From a virus (taxonomy: Duplodnaviria; Caudoviricetes): a stretch of DNA of 64,000 nucleotides. Below the pieces are notes generated by a model. The model was not told where the DNA came from and did no database searches. It worked only from the letters and a program-made list of their open reading frames with translations. Position numbers and translations under genes: made by a program. This document shows, one piece after another, positions 56,770 through 64,000 of the stretch. Each line of letters opens with the position of its first letter. The first letter of the stretch is position 1. The stretch lies in the IMG/VR virus record IMGVR_UViG_3300022591_000002. The stretch is one strand, 5' to 3'.

Positions 56770-58922
56770 GAACCGCTAGTAACCGGTTTTCCTGAGCTAT
56801 CTGTTAGTACTCCGCCTGACCCTGTTTTAACTGCATTTGATGCTGTGGTAGTTTCTGTGCCAGCGTTAATTCCTTTAGATGTAAACAAATCTTTGTAATA
56901 TGCATAAGCACTTCTGCGCTGTGCTAGCCCGTTAGTGCCGCCGTTAACTAGTGCAGATACTGAATCTACATCGTCCCAGAATTTTTCAGTATCTGTATAA
57001 GGCTGGCTCATTGTTTTATTTTTAAATCCAGGAGTTTTAAATTTAGTAAAGAAGAAAATAACACTCTTAGAAGCAAGTTCAATTTGCTCAACTAGCTCTG
57101 GAGAACCTAGAACATCTTGTCCAAAGAAATCAGTCATGCGCTGATACAACTTTCTACCTGTACATTGAATAAATCCACGACCTTTAAATCGAATACCGTC
57201 TCCAGACTGTGTATTACCTAAGTCTGCACGGCCTTCATATTCTCCGCCGCTAGCAAGTTCTCGCAAGTAAATGAAGCCGCCTGACTCAACTTTACATTGT
57301 GCCATCCAAGCCGCAAGTTTAATTGGGTTAGTAATTCCTGCATTAATTAAAGTCTGTTTCAAGAACGCTTCGTTTGCGGCCGCATTTTTTCCTAAAGGTT
57401 TTCCAACAGGATTATTGTTTACAGGAACTTTACCGCCTTCAGCTGTTGGACCGCTTGGAGCATCGAGTGGTTGATTAACCTGTGTATCAGTCTTGTCTGG
57501 CGTGAAATTACTTGGGTTAATATTTTCGTGATGATCCCACGGCTCGTGTGTTGGCACACGTTGCATGATACTTTGAATGTCAGTATCTTTATAAAATTTA
57601 TTATTTGACCATCCAGATCCCGCCGATCTATTCGGTAATGAAAATAGTTCTAAAGGTGTTGGTTGATCCGGTGCTGTTGCACCATCTGTAGCTACAGAGT
57701 TTAATAGTAATTGTTTGCCGACAATTTTCTGTACCCCACTTGCACCTATGCTAATATTAGCATTAGATGCCATTACAAAATCTCCGCCGCTAACAATACT
57801 TGTTTTTGCAGTAGCCTGTTGACGTATTTCTGCACCAGCAGATAAGTTATAGTTTCCTTGGAATTGAACTTTGCCGTCTGCACCTGCTAATAGGTAGTAC
57901 TGTTTAGCAACGTTAGTTTCCATAGTGCCGCTAGCACGGATATGCATGTTGCGGCCGGCTTCAAAATTGATATCACGGTCAGCACGGAAGTTAAAGTCTT
58001 GTTCAGAGTGTATGCTTACAGAGTCTGCGGCATAGATATCTATCTTACCATTGCTGGTCATTTCTAACCATGCAGTACCTTTAGCATTACCTATGTAGAT
58101 CAAGTCAGCTGTATTATGTAATAGGATCTGATGCCCTGTGCGTGTTCTTAAACGTACAAGCTCATTCTTACCGTCTTGATCACCATCGTCCATGACAAAT
58201 GTTGTGCCGCCTAATCTGCTAACTGGTGCCATAACAGTCTTTTCAATACCAATGTTTCCACGTTTGGCATTAGAGGACGTATCAATAGGACCCGGAGTGC
58301 TTATTCCGTATACTTGACTAGGAACTTCGCGACGAGCACTAGAACTAGTAACTCCTCGAATCGTATCTAGTAATAGACCCTGTGTTAATAACCGATCTGC
58401 AAAAGGATGTATTGGTTTGCCAAACGTATTAGGTTTTGGAATTTCTAGAGTTCTACTTTTCTTGTGAAACTCTGCAACAGGCAAATAATTTGTACCATAC
58501 TTCTGCTGTTGTGCAGGAGTCATTTCTGTGTACTTGCTAGCCGCAATACCCGGCATCATATGATTTTGATAGCTGTCTTGAATACAGCCCATCCAATAGC
58601 CTGCGTTAGTATCGCCGTCAATAAAAATACACAAGACAGTAGCACCAATATCAGGTGGAATCATCCACATGCCATAAGATTTCTGCACATCATTAAAGCT
58701 GGCAGAATTGTTACCTTCGTAATCTACGTTGGTAGTTCCTGCAAAGGGACTTAGATAACGGACAGGAATTTGAGTTCCTATCTTTTCCATGCTACCTGTA
58801 GTACCTTTTAATAAAGTAACTTCAAGCATACCCATGTAGGTTGTATCTAAGTGGTTTGTGACGATGCCGATATACGGGCCAACGCCTATCTTTTTACCAG
58901 CAAGTCTTGCATCAATTGTCAT
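56766..58922 (-). CDS. Baseplate hub/central spike (gp5-like) with C-terminal GH19 lysozyme/chitinase-like domain
   Basis: OB-fold YGMWMIPPDIG..VL..FIDGD...GYW; beta-helix region; C-terminal AQCKVESGGF.YLRE...YEGRADLGN..GDG.RFKGRGFIQ.TGR and VNGGTNGL..R. Confidence 0.85.
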   Translation of the reverse strand: MTIDARLAGKKIGVGPYIGIVTNHLDTTYMGMLEVTLLKGTTGSMEKIGTQIPVRYLSPFAGTTNVDYEGNNSASFNDVQKSYGMWMIPPDIGATVLCIFIDGDTNAGYWMGCIQDSYQNHMMPGIAASKYTEMTPAQQQKYGTNYLPVAEFHKKSRTLEIPKPNTFGKPIHPFADRLLTQGLLLDTIRGVTSSSARREVPSQVYGISTPGPIDTSSNAKRGNIGIEKTVMAPVSRLGGTTFVMDDGDQDGKNELVRLRTRTGHQILLHNTADLIYIGNAKGTAWLEMTSNGKIDIYAADSVSIHSEQDFNFRADRDINFEAGRNMHIRASGTMETNVAKQYYLLAGADGKVQFQGNYNLSAGAEIRQQATAKTSIVSGGDFVMASNANISIGASGVQKIVGKQLLLNSVATDGATAPDQPTPLELFSLPNRSAGSGWSNNKFYKDTDIQSIMQRVPTHEPWDHHENINPSNFTPDKTDTQVNQPLDAPSGPTAEGGKVPVNNNPVGKPLGKNAAANEAFLKQTLINAGITNPIKLAAWMAQCKVESGGFIYLRELASGGEYEGRADLGNTQSGDGIRFKGRGFIQCTGRKLYQRMTDFFGQDVLGSPELVEQIELASKSVIFFFTKFKTPGFKNKTMSQPYTDTEKFWDDVDSVSALVNGGTNGLAQRRSAYAYYKDLFTSKGINAGTETTTASNAVKTGSGGVLTDSSGKPVTSGS

Positions 58923-58924
58923 TG

Positions 58925-61900
58925 TTAACCTTCACCCCAACCATTGTTGACGTTGCCTTTATTTGTAGATGCCACTAGTGTATCTAATGGACTTGTTGTT
59001 CTAAGCGAGCCAAGTTTTGCGGCCGCTGTATTTGATAAATCTGCGGTACCTGATTGTACCATAGTTCTAACCGCTGATATGTTTGATTCTACTGATCCTA
59101 GACCAGCTTGCGAAGGTAATAGTCCAGTTAAACCGTTAGACACATTAAGCGATGAACCAACAAGGTTATTTAAACCTGATTGAGCCGCGGTCAATTTATC
59201 TGTGAGTGCTGTTGTTCCTACTGCACCAAAGCCTTGTGCTAGTCCGCCTGCGGCCTGTCCTACAGTATTAGTAAGTTGATTTAAACCTGCAACACCCGAT
59301 AAACTTGTCTTACCAGCAGAAATGGATGCATTGGCTTTAGCAATAGTATCGTTGATGTTTGTCGATACTGCTTCTTCATTTTGTAAAGGAGGTAGATTAG
59401 CAATATTATCTTTTGTTAAGTTTGCCATAACTAAACCCTGGCCTTTAAATCCGTTTAAATCTACGTTAGCAGGAATGTTGCTTTCTAAATCTTGTAACTG
59501 TCCAAGTATTTTACTCTTGATTGATGGATCTAATCCAGATAACTGTGCCGGGTCAATACCAACTCTAGCCGCAAGTGCTGTTGGATCAACATTAGGTATG
59601 CCTTGAGTAACTGATGCCACCGCAGAACTTGCTCCGTTTAGTAATCCGTCTGCTTGTCCTTTTAACTGATTAACTTTATCAACTGCTCCGCCAGTTAGTC
59701 CTGCAACTGCGGATGCCGCACCTCCAGCATTTGCTACTTGACTTGCAACGCTAGATGCTAAAATAGCAGATGAGTTAGCTGTTGGCAATACTCCATTGAC
59801 AATATTATTAACGCTAGCTACTGATGCAGGTGCAAGTTTTGAGACGCCGCCAATAATGTTTGATATTCCGCTTGTAGATAATCTAATACCCTGTGCCAGA
59901 GAATCTATTCCGTTAAGACTTGCGCCAACGTTAATACCTAGCTGAGGAGCAATAGTTCTTACCTGTCCCACAATATTTTGTACTGCACCGCCAACGCCTG
60001 CAATAGAAGTTAAGCCTCCAGTTACTAGGCCAATTGCTCCAGCAATACCGCCACCGGCCGCATTAACAAAGTTAGGAATAGATCCTGCGCTACCAATATC
60101 TGGTAATCCTCTAAGCAGACTTGCAACTTGGAAATCGTTTGGTCGTGTTCCGCTAGTCTGTACTCCTGCAGGTGCAATATCTTTAACCTGCTGTTCTCCT
60201 GGTTTAGGTGTTGCTTTGTATCCAGAGTCTGTGCTGGTCTTCTTAGCTTCAATTAATTGTCCCGGCATTCTTAACAGTTTAAGATTCTGTTTAAAATTTC
60301 CGCCAGCAAAATCTGAAGACACTTCTGTTACTTTATAAATTCCACTGAAGGGCAATATTTGTGCATCAAAGTATACTGAGCCACCTTTTTCAAATGTGTT
60401 GTAATCAACTGGTGTGCGCCAATTAACATTAATATAGACTTCTCCGGCATTTATAGGAGCTTCTCCATTTTTAGTAATGCCCTTGTCTGCTAGGTCATGT
60501 GTTTGATTTCCAATACCACCGGTAACCAAATAGTAAGGATCGCCAAATATATCAATTGTACAAGTTGCCAAGTCTACTGATTGTACAATAGCATTATGCA
60601 TTGTTTGAGCAAGAGTATGGTATGGTGTGTTCTGGCGTGATTGCCCTGATAAACCGTTTGATGCAACGAACCCAGCTGGGATTGACATTATTTTAGCTGT
60701 TGGATTTTTATTGTCTTTAACTGTTTGTGTATCTGCTTTTGGTGCTTGTAGTTCTTGTGTGTTTGCCGCACCTGCGCCTGTTGCCGCACCGCTTGAATCT
60801 CTTTCACCTGTTCTTGGTGGAATAGATTGAAAATACAAATTATTAAATTTTAAATTAAAATTAATAACGTCTTTGTTTTTGCCCATGTACAAATAGTCAT
60901 AGGTACGTTTAATTTGCGTTTTAATACCTTTGAAATCTGCAATACCTAATTGCTCACCTGGCAATCTTGTATAGTGCATCTTATATGGTACAACAATATA
61001 ACGATATAGTTTATTCTTTGCTAGTCCTTGAGGATCTACACTACCTTCTAATACTTCAACTTCTGTACGAACCATAAAATAGGTAAGCATTCCGTCACCT
61101 TTTTTAATTTCGTCAAGATTTTTAATAATGTCTTTAGTATATTCGCTATCTCGAATTACTGCTTCAATAATTTCGTGTACGTTTGCGCCCTGCGGAAATG
61201 CTGTTTGATTTGTGCCCGGCTCGTACTTTATACCTTTGTCCTCAGCCGACGGATTATTTGTTTTGTTTTCTTGACCTTTATATCCAGGACCCGGATTAGG
61301 AGCGTCTGGAGTGGCCATTGCAGGAGTTTGATTACCGCGGAGTCCTTGGTTTAACTTGGCCGCAAATATACTACCGCTTTCTGTCCACTCAGGTGTTCTA
61401 CCGTTTCTCATTGAAACCATTGTAGTTCCAGGAGCTTCTGGTTTGGCAAAATATATTTCAAATTCGTCTCTATTTCTAGACTCGGGGCCTTTTGTTTTCT
61501 TAGCGTCTTCGGTTACTGCTTCGTTTAAATTTTTAAACATGTCTTTTAGCAGTTCGCCGACTGTATCGCCTTTCATTTTTAAATCAGATTTTAATTTTCC
61601 AATTTCGCCAAATGTTTTTTGTTCGATAGGCGTACAGGTCACGTGATAGGTTGTGCCTTTATCTGTCGTTTCTACTGTAACACCGTTTACTAGTACAGGA
61701 TAATAGCGTGTGCTATTAGGAATTAACTCAGGACTACCATCAGGGCCAGTTGACTTATCGTTGTATCCGTAGAATTCTAATTTAAAAACAAAGTGTGCGG
61801 CTGGATATGTTAGCGCACCGGTTGCTTGGGATGCAACTGATAGGGCTTGCAAGAAGCCGCCCATACTGTAGGGCTCAATTACATCAAAAGAAATTTTGGT

Positions 61901-62383
61901 AGGTAAAGATGTTCCAGCTTCTTTGGAAAATGCCATTAGGCCTGCAATCTTTACGTTGTCAATAACAAAGTCAAATCTGCCTGCACTTTCTTTGTTAAAA
62001 CCGTTGATCAAATCAATTACTTCAGAATAGTTTGTAGCGGTATTGTTAATTACGTCTGTGCTTAATTTATTGGTAATTTGAGCAGAACCTTTACCAGAAG
62101 ATTTTGCAATAATAAATTTCTGGCTAGACTTTTCGTATGACTTAGGATCTGTTAATGCTTTATCTTCCAGCGCACTAAAAGTAAAAACATAGTTCCAAGA
62201 TCGATAATTGTGCAGTACATTGACTTCACTGCCTTTAAGAATAAAGGGCTGATCTCCACCAAGCGTTGTGCCGGCCGCGCCCTTGTTATTTGTACCAGGA
62301 ACTGCACCCTGTTGGGCGCCCGCTTGGACCGTTTGTGTGTCCTGATTTGTTTTGACTTCGGCCACGCCTTGTGATTCTGGCAT
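58925..62383 (-). CDS. Probable baseplate hub protein (gp27-like) with low-complexity C-terminal third
   Basis: Sits between the gp5-like and gp53-like genes; I.IFGDPYYL and SGIYKVTEV.S.F.GG.F.Q.L.L.R resemble hub motifs; Ala/Gly/Ser-rich tail. Confidence 0.6.
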   Translation of the reverse strand: MPESQGVAEVKTNQDTQTVQAGAQQGAVPGTNNKGAAGTTLGGDQPFILKGSEVNVLHNYRSWNYVFTFSALEDKALTDPKSYEKSSQKFIIAKSSGKGSAQITNKLSTDVINNTATNYSEVIDLINGFNKESAGRFDFVIDNVKIAGLMAFSKEAGTSLPTKISFDVIEPYSMGGFLQALSVASQATGALTYPAAHFVFKLEFYGYNDKSTGPDGSPELIPNSTRYYPVLVNGVTVETTDKGTTYHVTCTPIEQKTFGEIGKLKSDLKMKGDTVGELLKDMFKNLNEAVTEDAKKTKGPESRNRDEFEIYFAKPEAPGTTMVSMRNGRTPEWTESGSIFAAKLNQGLRGNQTPAMATPDAPNPGPGYKGQENKTNNPSAEDKGIKYEPGTNQTAFPQGANVHEIIEAVIRDSEYTKDIIKNLDEIKKGDGMLTYFMVRTEVEVLEGSVDPQGLAKNKLYRYIVVPYKMHYTRLPGEQLGIADFKGIKTQIKRTYDYLYMGKNKDVINFNLKFNNLYFQSIPPRTGERDSSGAATGAGAANTQELQAPKADTQTVKDNKNPTAKIMSIPAGFVASNGLSGQSRQNTPYHTLAQTMHNAIVQSVDLATCTIDIFGDPYYLVTGGIGNQTHDLADKGITKNGEAPINAGEVYINVNWRTPVDYNTFEKGGSVYFDAQILPFSGIYKVTEVSSDFAGGNFKQNLKLLRMPGQLIEAKKTSTDSGYKATPKPGEQQVKDIAPAGVQTSGTRPNDFQVASLLRGLPDIGSAGSIPNFVNAAGGGIAGAIGLVTGGLTSIAGVGGAVQNIVGQVRTIAPQLGINVGASLNGIDSLAQGIRLSTSGISNIIGGVSKLAPASVASVNNIVNGVLPTANSSAILASSVASQVANAGGAASAVAGLTGGAVDKVNQLKGQADGLLNGASSAVASVTQGIPNVDPTALAARVGIDPAQLSGLDPSIKSKILGQLQDLESNIPANVDLNGFKGQGLVMANLTKDNIANLPPLQNEEAVSTNINDTIAKANASISAGKTSLSGVAGLNQLTNTVGQAAGGLAQGFGAVGTTALTDKLTAAQSGLNNLVGSSLNVSNGLTGLLPSQAGLGSVESNISAVRTMVQSGTADLSNTAAAKLGSLRTTSPLDTLVASTNKGNVNNGWGEG

Positions 62384-62386
62384 TTA

Positions 62387-62689
62387 TTATATTCCTAATA
62401 CTGCTTTAAGAGTTGTAATTTTTGGAACGTAGATAATTTTTCCAGGAACCAGATCGTATATTGGATCTTTAATTAGGTCTTTATTTCTTACAGCAAACAC
62501 CCACCACAAGCCTGCATCTTGATAAAAATCATAGGCTAACAAATCTGGTCTATGCATATATGTTGGTGTAACTGTAAATTGTATATCGTCCGCTTGATAT
62601 GGAATATCTCTAAATGTTGCAACATCTAGAAACCCTGAAGACTGATCAGTAAAATAATAGGGACTAGTTTTAGCGTATGATGATGACAT
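62387..62689 (-). CDS. Baseplate gp53/LysM-like protein
   Basis: RPDLLAYDFYQDAGLWWVFAVRN...GKIIYVP. Confidence 0.8.
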   Translation of the reverse strand: MSSSYAKTSPYYFTDQSSGFLDVATFRDIPYQADDIQFTVTPTYMHRPDLLAYDFYQDAGLWWVFAVRNKDLIKDPIYDLVPGKIIYVPKITTLKAVLGI

Positions 62690-64000
62690 TATAGATATCC
62701 TTTACCTGCCAACGCACCTTGCAACCATTTATCAACACCGTAGCCCATCATTTCTTGTCTACTGTACATGATGTTTAATGTTATTGAAAGTGTGCATGAT
62801 GTTGGCACCATTGTGTTTCCATACCCTGCTATCCCACGTCCTACCGCAATGTAGTCAACTTGGTCTGGAAGTTCTAATTTAAAATCTGCAACCGATACAG
62901 GTACATTCTTAAACTGATAATCACCAAACGCATCTAAGCGACAGATTGGAGGAGGTGCACCAGCATTGGTATCATCGCCCCATTTCATTTTTGTCAATGC
63001 TCTAAGTACGTGTTGGGCGGCTAATATGATTGCGGCTTCGTATTCGTTCTGTGCAGTAAACTTACCACTAACTGAAATAGGTCCTACTGAACTGCTCTGA
63101 AAGTTGTAAAACTGATAGTTAGAGTGTGTTACTTTATTTTGATTGTATGTTGCTTGGTTTGAAACGCTAACTTGTGGAGTATAAGGAAACAGTATTCCGC
63201 CTAGTTGAGCTAGGATGCCGTTAGGGCCTGCGGCAGGACCAACAAGATAGTTAGATGGTATACGCAACTTAACTCGCATGTCTTGAGAAGAACCAAACCC
63301 AGCAACGGCCGCAACTGGTTTAGATGGCATTGAACTTAATACACCTCTGCTTGCGCCGGCTTTGTCAAAGTTAATTCCAATGCCGCCGCCAACTGCTTTT
63401 AATCCTGTGCCTATTGCAGATCCAACTGAGCTTAATCCTCTAGATGCTCTATCTTTTAAACTCGATAAACTATCTAAAGAACCAATACCGCCACTAATAT
63501 TACTTGACGATGGATTTGTCACTGACGTGCCGCCAGTTGGATTGTCTAATGCTGTTTGTGCCGCAGTAACTTCTGCATCTGCATTAGTAATATCGTTTTG
63601 TGCATCTTCTAATGTTTTCTGTGCGGCTTCTAATTGTAGTTGTGCATCATCTACTGCAACAGGATCTACAGGATCTGCTGTTTGTGCTAGGTCCAATGCA
63701 TCTTGTGCCTGCTGAACTGCTGTTTCTGCGCCAACGGCTAACTGAACTGCGGCAGTATATTTTGCATTGGCATTGTCTAATGCCGCTTGTGCGGCTGACG
63801 GTCCAGTTGCTGTGCCATCTGTTGCAGGTGTTGAACTAGTTGTGCCGTCAGTATTAGTTGTTAATGTACTACCATCATCAAATGTTTGTACTGTTTGACC
63901 GCCAGGTAATTGTGAAGTATTTGCTCCAGGTGCACCACTAGGATTAGTTGCTTGGTCTGGATTCTCTTTAAGAGTTGTTTCTGAAGTTGATGCCGGTGTA
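62689..64000 (-). CDS. Tail tube initiator / baseplate-tube cap (gp48/gp54-like); 5' end outside the window
   Basis: ILFPYTPQVSVS..ATY....THSNY....FQSS.V..ISVSG.F. Hand translation shows the frame open from 63696 to the window end. Confidence 0.65.
   Translation of the reverse strand, partial: TPASTSETTLKENPDQATNPSGAPGANTSQLPGGQTVQTFDDGSTLTTNTDGTTSSTPATDGTATGPSAAQAALDNANAKYTAAVQLAVGAETAVQQAQDALDLAQTADPVDPVAVDDAQLQLEAAQKTLEDAQNDITNADAEVTAAQTALDNPTGGTSVTNPSSSNISGGIGSLDSLSSLKDRASRGLSSVGSAIGTGLKAVGGGIGINFDKAGASRGVLSSMPSKPVAAVAGFGSSQDMRVKLRIPSNYLVGPAAGPNGILAQLGGILFPYTPQVSVSNQATYNQNKVTHSNYQFYNFQSSSVGPISVSGKFTAQNEYEAAIILAAQHVLRALTKMKWGDDTNAGAPPPICRLDAFGDYQFKNVPVSVADFKLELPDQVDYIAVGRGIAGYGNTMVPTSCTLSITLNIMYSRQEMMGYGVDKWLQGALAGKGYL

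Noticed and set aside
1001-63839. Many short antisense or alternate-frame ORFs in the track (e.g. 1001-1333, 2264-2671, 5665-6105, 9765-10085, 18017-18367, 37580-37999, 63362-63715)
   Set aside because: They lie wholly within well-supported genes, lack RBS or motifs, and show composition expected from shadow frames.
1-64000. tRNA genes, CRISPR array, integrase/transposase, DGR template-variable repeat pair
   Set aside because: Intergenic gaps are at most about 110 nt with no cloverleaf or spaced direct repeats seen. No reverse transcriptase, recombinase or long near-identical DNA repeat was detected by eye; a computational scan could still find weak cases.
1-64000. Stop-codon reassignment (alternative genetic code)
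   Set aside because: The standard code gives near-complete coding density with intact long genes, including the 14-kb ORF.

Overview
A gene-dense, AT-rich 64-kb segment of a large T4-like (contractile-tailed, probably jumbo) bacteriophage genome. The + strand block (1-27442) holds putative internal head proteins, a family-B DNA polymerase, a probable sliding clamp, RNase H and a MoxR/vWA pair. It also holds a long nucleotide/sugar-modification operon: TGT/DpdA-like transglycosylase, T-fold DpdL/QueD-like protein, GT-B glycosyltransferase, UDP-glucose dehydrogenase, FolE, PRTase, MazG, split HldE/RfaE, HIT, QueE and a 2OG-Fe(II) oxygenase. The - strand block (27470-64000) is tail and baseplate: four paralogous fibre genes, a collagen/cupredoxin-like fibre, a 4719-aa wedge protein, and gp6-, gp25-, gp5/GH19-, hub-, gp53- and tube-initiator-like genes. 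The two blocks converge on a bidirectional terminator. Near-perfect sigma70 promoters, T4-like late (T)ATAAATA motifs and AGGAG Shine-Dalgarno sites are visible. The main candidate novel system is a 7-deazaguanine modification pathway coupled to a glycosyltransferase resembling the queuosine mannosyltransferase QTMAN/GTDC1, suggesting a sugar-hypermodified deazaguanine base. A twin-hairpin putative translational operator also precedes the DNA polymerase. All family assignments come from motifs read by eye; no database searches were run. The first and last ORFs are cut by the window edges.
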